A stretch of DNA of 64,000 nucleotides. Origin: an uncultured Thermoleophilia bacterium. Its GTDB lineage: Bacteria; Actinomycetota; Thermoleophilia; UBA2241. The translations under genes were made by a program, and so were the position numbers. Shown here piece after piece: positions 25,560 through 36,847 of the stretch. The stretch is from assembly GCA_963707855.1 (NCBI GenBank), contig CAVPRQ010000009.1, forward strand, positions 276,158-340,157, given 5' to 3'. Below the pieces are notes generated by a model. The model worked only from the letters and a program-made list of their open reading frames with translations, was not told the DNA's origin and did no database searches. Position 1 is the stretch's first letter. Each line of letters begins with the position of its first letter.

Positions 25560-27172
25560 ATGGGCAGGAAGAGCCGGATGAAGAAGGAGGCGGCCGCGGG
25601 CGGCGGGCCCGCCCCCCGCGGCCGCCTCCTGCCCGTCGCCGAGCTCGGCGCCGACGACTACGCGCGCCTCTTCCGGCGCTGCGCCTGGTACGTCCTCGCC
25701 GGCGCCGTCGCCTTCGCCGTCGTCTTCGCCCTCCTCGCCTGGCTCCGCTACCGCGCCTACTACGGCGGCCGCTTCGACCTCGGCAACATGGTGCAGGCGG
25801 TCTACAACACCGCGCACGGCCGGTTCCTCGAGATCACGACCGCCGGCCCGCAGCCCCGCCAGATGTCGCGCCTCGGCGCGCATGTCGACCCGATCCTCGC
25901 CGCCTTCGCCCTGCCGTGGCTGGTGTGGCCGAGCCCCGTGATGCTGCTCACCCTGCAGTCGGCGATCGTCGCGACCTCGGCTTGGCCCGCCTATCGGCTC
26001 GGTGCCCGCGTCACCCGCGACCCGCGCGCCGGCGCTCTGCTCGCCGGCGCGCTGCTCCTCTATCCCGCGCTCGGCTACGGCGTCCTCAACGAGTTCCACC
26101 CCGTCACGCTGGCTACGCCGTTCCTGCTCTTCGCCTTCCTGTACATCGAGGAGGACCGCTGGCTGCCCGCGGTGCCCTTCCTCGTACTCGGCGGCGCTCT
26201 GCAAGGAGGAGGTCCCGCTCGTCCTCGCCGTCATGGGGGCCTATTTCGCCCTGCGCAAGCGCTCGTGGCGGCCGCTCGTCCTGACGGCGCTCGCGATGGC
26301 GTACTTCGTGTTCGCGATCTGGGTCGTGATCCCGCACTTCAACGAAGGGCCGAGTCCCTTCGTCGACCGGTACTCGGCCTACGGGGAGGGCGCCGCCGAA
26401 GTGGTCGGCAACGTCGTGACCAGCCCCGGTCAGGTCGCCGGCGACCTGCTCGCGCCCACGAACCTCGAGTACTGGGCCGAGCTGCTCTGGCCCTTCGGCT
26501 TCGTCCCGATGCTGAGCCCGCTGACGCTTCTCATCGCCGCGCCGGAGTACCTGCTGAACGGCCTGTCGACGCAGATCTGGCAGCGCAGCATCCAGTTCCA
26601 CTACACGGCGGCCGAGATCCCCTTCATCTTCGCCGCCCTCGTCCTCGGCCTGATGCGTCTCTGGCGCTGGCTGAGCGGCGGCTTTCGCCGGCCCGAGGCC
26701 GAGATGCGCGGCGAGCGGCTGCAGCGCCGCGACCTCGCCCTGCTCGTCTTCCTCGTCGCGCTCGCCGGCAACTACGTCCTTGGTCCCCTCCCCTTCTCCC
26801 TGCCCGGGGCCCACTACTCCGGCAAGAGCTACGCGCGATCGGGACACGCGAAGGTGCTCGACGAGGCCGTGGCGACGATCCCCGACGGCGCTGTGGTGTC
26901 GGTGAACAACAACGTCGGCTCGCACCTGTCGGCGCGACGCGTCGTCTTCGTCTTTCCTGAGTACGAGGGCGCCGAGTACGTGATCGTCGACGAGAGCCGG
27001 CCGGGGTTCTACGATCGCGTCAACGTCGCGATGCACCAGGCGGTGCTCGGCAAGATCGTGCTCGATCCGCGCTACCAGTCCGTCTACGCGCGCGACAACG
27101 TCTACGTATTCAAGCTGGTGACCCCGTCGGACACCCCGGCGTCAGATCTCCGCCGCGCCGGACACTCCCTAG
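25560..27172 (+). CDS. DUF2079 family polytopic membrane protein (putative GT-C-type glycosyltransferase); break near 26195, 3' end uncertain
   Basis: Start is ATG at 25560 with GAAGGGGA upstream. YYGGRFDLGNMVQAVYNTAHGRFLE...SRLGAHVDPILAAFALPW lies in the 25410 frame. It continues in the 26002..27450 frame (CKEEVPLVLAVMGAYFAL...YLLNGLSTQIWQRSIQFHYTAAEIPFIF...AEYVIVDES). No in-frame stop occurs before the convergent gene. A TAG at 27170-27172 lies in another frame. Confidence 0.7.
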
Positions 27173-28405
27173 GCTACCCACTCGAACAGCGCGAACCGTA
27201 CCGTCAGCGCCGCGAGGGCGACGATCATGGCGACGACGATCGCCGCGTGTGCCCGGGGGCGCTCGCGCGTGAACAGGGCGAGGGCGACGAACACCGGAAA
27301 CGCCGTGAGGGCGAAGCGCGGGAACGAGAGCAGGGGCACGTACTCTCGCCGGGAAGAGCACCGGGTACGCCACGGCGGCGACGCCGTACAGCGAGTAGGC
27401 CGGGGGCAGGCGGCGCAGCCCGAAGGCGAGACACAGGGCGACGACGATGAGGAACCCGAGGGCGATCAGGTTGGCCGCCGCGACGGTGTAGGCGTCCCCG
27501 GGCTTCGAGACGGGCCAGTAGAGGTCGAGGTACTGGCCCGAAAGGAGCTGGCGCGCCCCCTGCGCCGCCGCCTCGATCGCCCGGCCGACGGAGAAGTTCG
27601 GCAGCGTCAGGGTCCGCCGCCAACGGTCCTGGGCCTCGGCGAACAGGAGCGGCTTGCCGAAGCTCAGGCTGAGATACGCCATCCAGATCATCAGGCCCTC
27701 GACGACCATCAGCAGATTGGCGACATTGGCGTCGGAGCGCCGCAAGCGCCATCCGCGCCCCTGGAAGTAGTACACGGCCATCGGGATCACGAGCAGGACG
27801 CCGGTGCTGCGCGTCAGGGCGGCGAGGAGTCCGGCCAGGCCGGAGAGCCTCCAGCGTCCCTCCCTCGCCCAGAAGAAGCAGGCCAGGGACAGGAGGAGGA
27901 AGAGCGCCTCGGTGTACACGGCCTGCAGGAAGAAGGAGGTGGGGAACAGGCTGAGGTAGACGACCGCGCGCGCTGCGACGCGATCGTCGAAGTCGCGTGC
28001 CACGAGCTTGAACAGGAGCCAGGCGCTGCCGGCGAAGCAGAGCAGCGACACGACGATCCCCGTGACTAGCAGGTTGCCGTCGAAGAGCACGCCCAGATAG
28101 CGCAAGAGCAGGGGCAGAAGCGGGAAGAACGCCGTGCTCCCGTCGGCGTCGGCGTAGCCGGCGCGGGCGATCTTGATGTACCAGACCCCGTCCCAGTGCG
28201 CCCAGGGGTTCAGCAGCGAACCGAGGAAGCCGTGGAAGGTCTCTGCTCCGGCCGGGAAGCGCCAGGCCCAGTCAGGCTCGTGGATGCCGATCAGCGCCGC
28301 CGCGGCGAGCCCCACGAGGAGGACGAAGACCCGGCTGGCGGCGGCGACCGCCAGGGCCCGCAGCAGCGGGCCGCGGCGGTCGCCCTGTCCCGCCGCCGCG
28401 GTCAC
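27169..28405 (-). CDS. Mannosyltransferase family protein (PIG-V / GT-C-like); break near 27345
   Basis: The GTG start at 28405 overlaps the upstream stop. Motifs: NPWAHWDGVWYIKIARAGYADADGSTAFFPLLPLLLRYL and many TM helices. The C-terminus after the shift reads YVPLLSFPRFALTAFPVFVALALF...RFALFEWVA and ends at TAG 27169. Confidence 0.7.
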
Positions 28406-28953
28406 TGGGTCGGCGAGGGCGAGGCGGGCGTCGAGGAGGGCGCCGGCTGCGTCTCGAGCCAGTCGGCCGGGAGGTCCTCGCGCACGTCGTAGAGCAGGCG
28501 ACCCGTCTCGTAGTCGAGGAGCGCGACGACCGCATCCTCGCGCGCCGCGCCGGCCCCCGGTCCCGTCGGCACCGTGCCGCGGACCTCCCAGATGAAACGG
28601 TACTTCGGCGTGACCTCGGCTCCGGCCCGGATGCCGGCGACCTCCTGTGTGAAGGCGTAGGGATCTCCGGCGACGACGAAGAGGAGCTGAACCTCTTGCG
28701 GATCGATCGCAGTCCGCCCGAACAGCCGCTCCGACTTGCGCAACGCGTCTCCGGAGGTCTTGAGCTCCGAATCGCCGGGAACGCGCAAGGCGGCGGCGAT
28801 GAAGGACCAGCCGCGCCAGGGATGAGAGACGAAGTCGCCGCGCTGGTCGGGTGACGTGTAGCGGTACGCGACCAGCGCCGGCAGCAAGGCGACGACGAGG
28901 ACCACCACTACCGCGGCGATCACCCAGAGCCGTGTGTTCCGCTTTCCCTGCAC
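28402..28953 (-). CDS. Membrane-anchored hypothetical protein
   Basis: Intact 183-aa ORF with an N-terminal TM helix (RLWVIAAVVVVLVVALLPALVAY) and a soluble domain of normal composition. It is translationally coupled to the mannosyltransferase. Confidence 0.6.
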   Translation of the reverse strand: MQGKRNTRLWVIAAVVVVLVVALLPALVAYRYTSPDQRGDFVSHPWRGWSFIAAALRVPGDSELKTSGDALRKSERLFGRTAIDPQEVQLLFVVAGDPYAFTQEVAGIRAGAEVTPKYRFIWEVRGTVPTGPGAGAAREDAVVALLDYETGRLLYDVREDLPADWLETQPAPSSTPASPSPTQ

Positions 28954-28995
28954 GTGCCAGCCTCGTCCGAGTATTCGCGCTCGCGGCGCGGACTG

Positions 28996-29805
28996 TCAAT
29001 CGTTGGCGCCGCCGCCAAGCTCGAGCACCGTGCCATCGGGGTACACCGCGGTCGCCGCGAACACCTCGCGCGCGGCGGCGGCCAAGGCCGCGTAGGCGGC
29101 CTCGTCCAGCAGCGGGTTCAAATGGACGAGGCCGAGGCGACGCACCCCGGCCGCCGCCGCCAACCGGGCGACGGCCAGCGCCTCGCTGTGAGCGGCGAAG
29201 CCGGCACGCAGCGGCGCCGGGACGTCGTCTCCGGAGAGCCCGCCGAGGTACCAAGCCTCGTGCAGGAGGACATCGGCACCGGCGGCGAAGTCGGCCGTGG
29301 CCGAGTCCGCCGTCTTGTCGGTGGCCACGACGAGGGCGTCGTCGAGACGATAGGCGACGCTGACGTCGGAGTGGGCTTGGGCGCGGACGGCGATCCGATG
29401 ACCGGCGACCCTCGAGACCCCCTCGCGGAGCGCCCGTACCTCGACGCCCGGCAGCTCGCGCCAGGGTCGCGGGTTGTACGGGGGGCGGATGAGGCCGCCG
29501 AGGGCGTCGTGCGGATCCACGCCGGTCACCGACTCATGCGGGGCGTAGACGGTGACGCGTCGCTCGGGGAACACCGCCGGGAGGTAGGCGAGTCCGCAGA
29601 CGTGGTCGAGGTGGTAGTGCGTGAGGAAGAGGTGGACCTCCTCGCAGCGCTCCACGAGCGAGAGCCACGGCGGTGCGACGAGACGACCCAGGCCGGTGCC
29701 GGCGTCGAACACGAGCAGTCGATGGTCGTCCTCGACGGCGAAGCAAGTCGTCTCGCGGCCCTCCGTGGGGATCCACCCCTGGGTGCCGAGCAACGTGACA
29801 CGCAT
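28996..29805 (-). CDS. MBL-fold metallo-hydrolase (RNase Z / beta-lactamase-like)
   Basis: Intact 269-aa ORF. MRVTLLGTQGWIPTEGRETTCFAV...LVFDAGTG...LFLTHYHLDHVCGL carries the HxHxDH motif. Confidence 0.85.
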   Translation of the reverse strand: MRVTLLGTQGWIPTEGRETTCFAVEDDHRLLVFDAGTGLGRLVAPPWLSLVERCEEVHLFLTHYHLDHVCGLAYLPAVFPERRVTVYAPHESVTGVDPHDALGGLIRPPYNPRPWRELPGVEVRALREGVSRVAGHRIAVRAQAHSDVSVAYRLDDALVVATDKTADSATADFAAGADVLLHEAWYLGGLSGDDVPAPLRAGFAAHSEALAVARLAAAAGVRRLGLVHLNPLLDEAAYAALAAAAREVFAATAVYPDGTVLELGGGAND

Positions 29806-29909
29806 GTGAGACCCCTCCCCCGGCCGCGTGTGACTTGTCGGCCGCCACGGTACAACAACGGTAAGTCACTTGTCTCGTCGCGACGCGCACGTGAAAGGCT
29901 CGTGGTCTC

Positions 29910-30747
29910 GTGGACGATCCAGTCATCTCCGCGCTCGAGCAGCCTCTCGGCGGTCCGGCCGTCCGGGACGTGTGGGACGTGTGCGCGCCGCGGCTCGCGC
30001 TTGCTCTCGAGGACGGCGATCGGGAGCCCCTGTTCCAGTCCCTCGAGGAGGTGGCGCGCAGCGCGGCGCTCACCGGCGCGCGCGGCGTCGGTGACCTTCT
30101 GGAGGGGTTCGCGGAGGGCTGCCTCGCCGTCCGCCGGGCGCTCGCCGCGCGCTCCGGGGCGCGCGGCGCGAGAGCGCCTCGCGCGGCTCACCGTCGTCGA
30201 GCGTGACGGGGCGTCACGCCTCGCGGCCGGCTACGCCGCCGGGCTTGAAGAGACCATCGGCCGGCTGCGCAGCCAGACAGAGGAGCGTTCTCCCTGGGAT
30301 CCCGCGTCGGGAGCCGTACGGGCCGCCGAGACCCTGGAAGCGCTCTCCGTGGAGGTGGACAGGTGCCGGCGAACGGCGCTCTCGCTCGGCGTCCTCGGGC
30401 TGGCGCTTGCCGACGAGCCCGGGGCCATGGCCTGCGTTCGCACCGAGGGCACCGAGGTCCTTCACGCGGTGAATCGGGCGCTGCGCGGCCACCTGCGCCG
30501 CTACGACGGCGTCGGGCGGACGGCGGACGGCGACTTCCTCGTGGTGCTTCCCGACGTTGGCAGGCGTTCCCTGGATGCGATCGCCGAACGTCTGCGGCGC
30601 GAAGTCGTCGTCGAGCTCGGCCGGGACAGGGGCTGCATCGTCGCCGCGGCGCACTACGACTACGTCGACGTGAGCGCTGTCGAGGTGATGGCGGCGATCG
30701 AACGGCGCGTCGCGACCGCGCGCGCCGAGAGCGAGCCGGCGGCCTGA
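29910..30747 (+). CDS. GGDEF-like domain protein with degenerate active site; break near 30170
   Basis: The N-terminal part is ORF 29910..30206. The C-terminal part lies in the frame ending at 30747: DPASGAVRAAETLEALSVEVDRCRR...LGVLGLALAD...VLHAVNRALRGHLRRYDGVGRTADGDFLVVLP. ADGDF replaces GGDEF. Confidence 0.5.
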
Positions 30748-30778
30748 GCCTGATCTCGCGCTCGCATCGGCGCGGGCG

Positions 30779-31240
30779 TCAGCCGGCGCCGGGAGCCGTT
30801 CGCACCCCGTCGAGCGACACGCCCAGCGCCGCCGCCGCCTTGCGGACCATCTCGCGCTCGTTGGGGTAGGTCATCAGACCCAGCGCCTCGCTCACTTCGA
30901 CCCAGCGCGCCTCGCGGACCTCGTGGTCGTGACCGTCGGTCGTGCCTTCCGTGGCGCGGACGAGGAAGTAGTGCACCGTCTTATGGATGCGGCCGCCACG
31001 GTCGCGGGCGTAGAACCAGTAGTCGATCGACCCGAGCTCGCCTTCGACCACGCCGGACATCCCGGTCTCCTCGGCGATCTCGCGCAGCGCGGCCCGGACG
31101 GGGGTCTCCCCTGGCTCGACGCCGCCTTTGGGCAGGCCCCAGACGCGGCGTCCGACGGGGTTGATGAGGCAGACCTCGAGGCTGTCGCCCTGACGCACGA
31201 CCACGCCCCCCGCGGATGTCGCTTCACGTTCCTCGGTCAC
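30779..31240 (-). CDS. NUDIX hydrolase
   Basis: Intact 153-aa ORF with the Nudix box GLPKGGVEPGETPVRAALREIAEETG. Confidence 0.85.
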   Translation of the reverse strand: MTEEREATSAGGVVVRQGDSLEVCLINPVGRRVWGLPKGGVEPGETPVRAALREIAEETGMSGVVEGELGSIDYWFYARDRGGRIHKTVHYFLVRATEGTTDGHDHEVREARWVEVSEALGLMTYPNEREMVRKAAAALGVSLDGVRTAPGAG

Positions 31241-31355
31241 GAAGGAGATGTCCCATCGATCCGGAGTCCGCCTCCTGCCTAGTATATCGTTCTCGCGAGC
31301 GCCGCCCGCCGACGGATCGTCGTCCGGGGTGGCGCCGACTGGGAGGTGAGACCCG

Positions 31356-33633
31356 GTGTTCGCGGCCCTTGGCCGCTTCGCCTACAGGCGCAGAAGGGTC
31401 GTGCTGGCGGCTTGGGTGGCGGCGTTCGTCGCCGGGCTGGCCGCCAGCATCAGCCTGCCCGGCGTCCTCAAGGGCGGCGGCTTCACGCGTGGGACCTCCC
31501 CGTCGCAGCAGGCGCAACGCGTCATGCAGGAGCGGCTCGACGTTGGCCCCACACACCTGACCGTCGTGTTCACCAGCGACGAGCTCGACGCCCGTGGCCG
31601 CGAGTTCCGCGCGGCGCAGGACCGGGCCCTCGCGCGGCTCACGCCGCGCGCCCTTCCCGGTCTCACCGAGATCGAGACCGCGGCCTCGAGCGGCAGCAGC
31701 GCACTCATCTCCAAGGACGGGCGCTCGTCGCTGGCCGTCCTCTCGTTCAACGCCAAGCTCGAGCCGGTGCAGGACCAGATCCCCCGCATTCGTGAGCTGG
31801 TCCGTTCTTCGGTCCTGCGGACCTACGTGAGCGGCGAGCCGGCGGTGTTCCGCGACATCGAGGAGGTCTCGGCCAGCGACCTGCGGACCGCCGAGAGCTA
31901 CACCGTGCCCATCGCCATCCTCGTCCTTCTGCTGATCTTCGGTACCCTGGTCGCCGCCGCTCTGCCCGTGATCGGCGGCGGCGCCGCGGTCACGGTCACG
32001 CTCGGGTCCTTCTGGGTGCTCGCGCACTTCTGGGATCTCTCGATCTTCGCCATGAACGCGGCGACGCTCCTCGGCCTGGCGGTCGGGATCGACTACTCGC
32101 TCTTCATGGTCGGGAGGTTCCGCGAGGAGCTTGCCGCCGGCCGGCCGGTCGCCGACGCCGTCGAGGAGACCGTCCGCCACGCCGGGCGGTCGATCTTCTT
32201 CTCGGGCCTCGCCGTTCTCGTCGGCCTGCTCGGCCTCATCGTCATCCCGTACATGTCGATGCGCTCGATCGGCCTCGGCGGGTCGCTCGTCGTGTTCTTC
32301 TCCGTGCTCTCTGCCCTGACGCTGCTGCCGGCCCTGCTCGGCGTGCTGGGGCCGCGCGTCAACGCGCTGCGCATCTTCTGGCGCCCCGACCGCGAAGGGC
32401 GCTTCTGGCGCCGCTGGTCGACTTCGGTCATGCGGCGCCCGTGGCCTGTCCTCATCGGCACGATCGCCCTCGTTCTTCTGCTGGCTTGGCCGATGCTGCG
32501 CCTCTCCGTCGAGATCCCGGGGGCGACGACGCTGCCCACGTCGACGGAGTCCCGGCAGGGGTACGACATCCTCGCCCGCGAGTTCGACCCCAGCACGCTG
32601 TCGCCGATCGAGGTCGTCCTCACCTGGGAGGGCGATCCCGACCCGCTCTCGCCGGCGAACCTGGCCCGCCTGACGCGACTTCGGGCGTGAGCTGGCGGCT
32701 CGGGACGGCGTCGCCGGCGTGACGAGCGTCGTCAATCTGCCCGGCCTGGAGACGGCCGAGCAGCTCGGCGCGTATTGGGACGCCGTGCGCGCCGGGCCGT
32801 CGACGGACGATGCCGCCGGGGGCGTCTCCCTGTGGCAAGGGATGCTGGGCGCGCAGCAGCGCAAGGCGGCGCAGCGCCTGCTCGAGCGGACGACCGCCGA
32901 CGGCGTCGCCCTCTTCCGCGTGGCGCCGGAGGCGTCGCCGACGTCGGAGGAGGCGCGCGCCCTCAGCGCCGGCATCCGCGATATGCAGCCGCCGGAGGGC
33001 GCGCGCATCTGGGTCGCCGGCGTGCCCGCCGGCACGCAGGACTACATCGCCACCCTCTACTCGTACTTCCCGTGGATCGTGCTGTTCGTCATCGTGGTCA
33101 CCGCGGCGGTCCTCCTCCTCCTGCTGCGGAGCGTCCTCCTCCCGGTGAAAGCCGTGATCGTCAACACCCTCTCGATCGCGGCCGCCTTCGGCGTCCTGGT
33201 CTGGGTCTTCCAGGACGGCAATCTCGAAGGGCTGCTGCGCTTCGACAGCAGCGGCGCGATCGAGGCCGACCTGCCGATCCTTCTCTTCTGCTCGGTCTTC
33301 GGCATCTCCATGGACTACGAGGTCTTCCTGCTGAGCCGCATGCGCGAGGCTTGGCTCGAGACGGGGGACAACCAGGCCAGCGTCGCCTTCGGGCTCGAGA
33401 AGACCGGGCGCATCGTCACCAGCGCCGCCCTGATCATCGTGGTCGTGGCGGCGTCGTTCGCCTTCACGTCCATCGTCATCACGAAGGCGCTCGGCGTCGG
33501 GCTCGCCGTCGCCGTCGCGCTCGACGCCACGGTGATCCGCATCCTCATGGTGCCGGCGGCCATGCGCCTGCTCGGGAGCTGGAACTGGTGGATACCGGCG
33601 TGGCTCGAGCGCCGGCTGCCGCACGTCGAGTGA
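31356..33633 (+). CDS. MMPL-family (RND superfamily) membrane transporter; break near 32685
   Basis: ORFs 31356..32690 and 32719..33633 join into one protein. Motifs: MFAALGRFAYRRRRVVLAAWVAAFV, AVGIDYSLFMVGRFREEL, and in the second half ISMDYEVFLLSRMREAW and LLGSWNWWIPAWLERRLP. Confidence 0.85.
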
Positions 33634-33682
33634 GCCGACGGCGTGGGGCCGCCGGTCCTCCGCCATGCCGCGTCGATAGGAT

Positions 33683-34955
33683 GTGCCGGTGAGCTCCTTC
33701 GGCGACAACTTCGCCGCGCTTCGCGAACCCGAGTTCCGCAAGCTCTTCGTCGGCCAGGCCGTCTCCATCGCCGGGACGATGCTGACCATGGTCGCCCTGC
33801 CCTTCGCGGTGCTGGAGATCGGCGGTTCGGCCACCGACATCGGCATCGTGGAGGCGGCGTACATCCTGCCCATGGCGCTGACGATCACCGTCGGCGGCGT
33901 GTGGGCCGACCGTCTCGAGCGCCGCAAGGTCATGCTGTCCGCCGACCTCGTGCGCATGACGCTGACGTTCACGATGGCCGGGCTTCTCCTCAGCGATGTC
34001 GCGACGGTGCCCATACTGCTCGTCCTGCAGGTCGGCATGGGCATGTGCGACGCGTTCTTCCGCCCCGCCTACACCGGCCTCGTCCCCCAAGTCGTCAGCA
34101 CCGGTCGATTGCAGCAGGCGAATGCGCTCCAGGGGCTCGTGCAGAGCGGGTCGATCACGCTCGGTGCGGCCACCGGCGGGCTGCTCGTGGCCGCCCTGGG
34201 TGCGGGCTGGGCGATCGGCATCGACGGCCTCACCTTCCTCGTGAGCGCCTGGTTCCTGTGGCGGCTGCGTCCGGCGCCGACGGGGGCGGGTAGCGCCGAG
34301 GAGGCAGGGACGGACGCCGCGGGTGGCTTTCTCGCCGACCTCCGTCTTGGCTGGCGGGAGTTCACGAGCCACACGTGGCTCTGGGTGATGGTCGCCGGCG
34401 CCTCGGTCTTTCTGTTCGACCGTCGAGGCGCCGATGACCGTGCTCGGGCCCATCGTCGCGCGCGACTTCTACGACGGCGCCCGGACCTGGGGGTTCCTCG
34501 CCGCCGCGCTGGGCGTAGGCCAGATCGCCGGCGGGGTGATCGCCCTGCGCTGGCGGCCGCGGCGGCCGTTCCTCGTCCTCTCGTGTGGGATGAGCCTGAC
34601 GGCGCTGCCGATGGCGATGCTGGCGACGACGGCGCCGCTCTGGGCGCTCCTCGGGGCCGGGGCGGTGCTGGGCGTCGTCTGGGGGATGTTCGACCCGTTC
34701 TGGCTCACGGCGATGCAGCGCGAGGTGCCGCCGGACATGATCTCGCGAGTCTCGTCGTACGACTACCTTGGCTCGCTGGCCTTCTTCCCGGCGGGGCTGG
34801 CGCTCGTCGGGCCGGTGGCGGACCTCATCGGCGTCTCGGCGACGCTTGTGGGTCGCCGCCGGCGCGGCTGTGGCCGTCAGCCTTTCTGGCTGTCGTGGCG
34901 CGATGTGCGGGCAGTGCACGAACTCGGACCGCGCGCGTCCGACGCCGAAGGGTGA
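33683..34955 (+). CDS. MFS transporter (MFS_3/EntS-like); about 3 frame breaks
   Basis: The 33683 frame gives FAALREPEFRKLFVGQAVSIAGTMLTMVALPFAVL...GGVWADRLERRKVML. A shift near 34420 leads into 34434..34955 (VLGPIVARDFYDGARTWGFLAAALGVGQIAGG...). Further shifts lie near 34850. Confidence 0.8.
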
Positions 34956-35019
34956 CGCCGCCGCTTGAAGGGCGTCCTCGGCGCGTACGCGGGTTCGTCG
35001 CGCTCGCGCCGCTCGGCGG

Positions 35020-36847
35020 TCACAGCGCCCGCCCGGTCGCCTCCCACTCCCGGTAGAGCTCGGCGTATCGGCCGCCCGTCGCGAGCAGCTCGTCGTGCGT
35101 GCCGCGTTCGACGATGCGTCCGTCGTCGACGACGAGGATCTCATCGGCGTATCGCACCGTGCTCAGACGGTGGGCGACGATCACCGAGGTGCGGCCGCTG
35201 AAGAGCACGTCCATGGCGCGCTCGATGCGGCGCTCGCTCTCGGCGTCGACGCTCGATGTGGCCTCGTCGAGGATCAGCACCCTGGGGTCGGCGAGCAGGG
35301 CGCGCGCGAACGAGATGAGCTGGCGCTGCCCGGTCGAAAGACCGCCGCCGCCCTCCTGGACCTCGGTCTCGTAGCCGTCGGGCAGCGCCGTCACGAAGTC
35401 GTGCGCGCCGACGATGCGCGCCACGCGCTTGACGTCCTCGGCATCGGCGGACGGACGGGCGAAGCGGATGTTGTCGAGCACCGACCCCGAGAAGAGGAAG
35501 GCCTCCTGCGGCACGACGGCGAGCTGCTCGCGCAGCGAGCGCGCCGTCACGTCGCGCAGGTCGTGACCGTCGATCAGCACGGCGCCCTGCTGCGGGTCGT
35601 AGAAGCGCGCCAGGAGCTTGACGAGGGTCGACTTGCCGGCCCCGGTGGCGCCCACGAGCGCCACGGTCCGGCCGGCCGGCACCGTGAAGCTCACGTCGTG
35701 CAGGACGGGCGTGGTCGCCTCGTACCCGAAGGTGACGTCACGCAGCTCGAGCTCGCCGGCGACATCGGGCAGCGGCACGGCGCCGGGGGCGTCGAGCATG
35801 TCCGGCTCGGTGTCGAGGACGGCGAAGATCTTCTGCACCGCCGCCATGGAGGCCTGGAAGGTGTTGTAGAGCTGCGAGAGCTGCTGCAGCGGGTCGAAGA
35901 AGCTCGCGAGGTAGCCGATGAAGGCGACCAGCACGCCGATCTCGAGCGCCTGGTCGCTGACGAGCGAACCGCCGTACCAGAGGACGATGACGACGCCCGC
36001 GGCGCTCATGAGCTCGACGAACGGGAAGTACAGGCCGCTCTGCACCACGGTGCGCATGTTCACGTCGCGGTAGGCGGCGTTGGCGCGGTCGAGGGCGGCG
36101 CGGTCGGCGTCCTCGCGGCGAAAGGCCTTGAGCACGCGGACCCCCGAGATGGACTCCTGCAGGTGCGCGCTCACGTTGGCGATGCGCTCGCGCACGAGGG
36201 CGTAGGCGCGGGCTGAACGGGTGCGGAAGACGAGCGTGGCGCCGATCACCAGCGGCATGATGCTCAGGGTCGCGAGGGCGAGGCGCCAGTCGAGGATGAA
36301 GAGGAAGACGACGGCGCCGATGAAGGTGAGGCTGTTGGTGACGAGCGAGGTCACGCCCTCGGTCACGAGCTGGCTGAGGGAGTCGATGTCGTTGGTGAGG
36401 CGCGAGACGATCCAGCCGGTCTTCTGGCGGCTGAAGAAGTCCATGGAGAGCTTCTGGATGTGGGCGAAGAGGGACCGGCGCAGGTCGAGGATCAGGTGTT
36501 CGCCGACCCAGCTCGTGAGGTAGGTCTGGACGTAGCTCGCGGCGAGGTTGACGGCTGGACACGACGACGAACGCGGCGATCACGAGGTCGAGCACCCGCA
36601 AGTCGCCGGCGTCGATGCCGCGGTCGATCCCGACCTTCACGAGGTACGGGACGGCGAGGCTCGAAAGCACGACGAGGATCATCGCGACGACGCTGAGCAG
36701 CGCGCGCCGGCGATAGGGATACGCGTAGCGCGCGAGCCGGGCGAGCCGGAGCTCGCGCGCCAGGTGCAGGAAGGCGCGCCAGCCGCGCAGTTCCTCGACG
36801 GTAGCGCCGCTGCCGTGCGGGCCGGTGTGCCGGGAGGCGGTGGCCAT
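35020..36847 (-). CDS. ABC exporter, fused permease-ATPase (MdlB/MsbA-like); one break near 36553
   Basis: The N-terminus lies in the 35738..36847 frame (ARYAYPYRRRALLSVVAMILVVLSSLAVPYLVKVGID). The rest lies in the 35020..36444 frame, with Walker A GATGAGKSTLVKLL, signature LSTGQRQLISFARALL, and Walker B ILILDEATSSVD. Confidence 0.85.

Noticed and set aside
29888-29896. CACGTGAAA, resembling the right half of parS
   Set aside because: Only half of the palindrome matches, and the left half (GACGCG) does not. It is probably chance.
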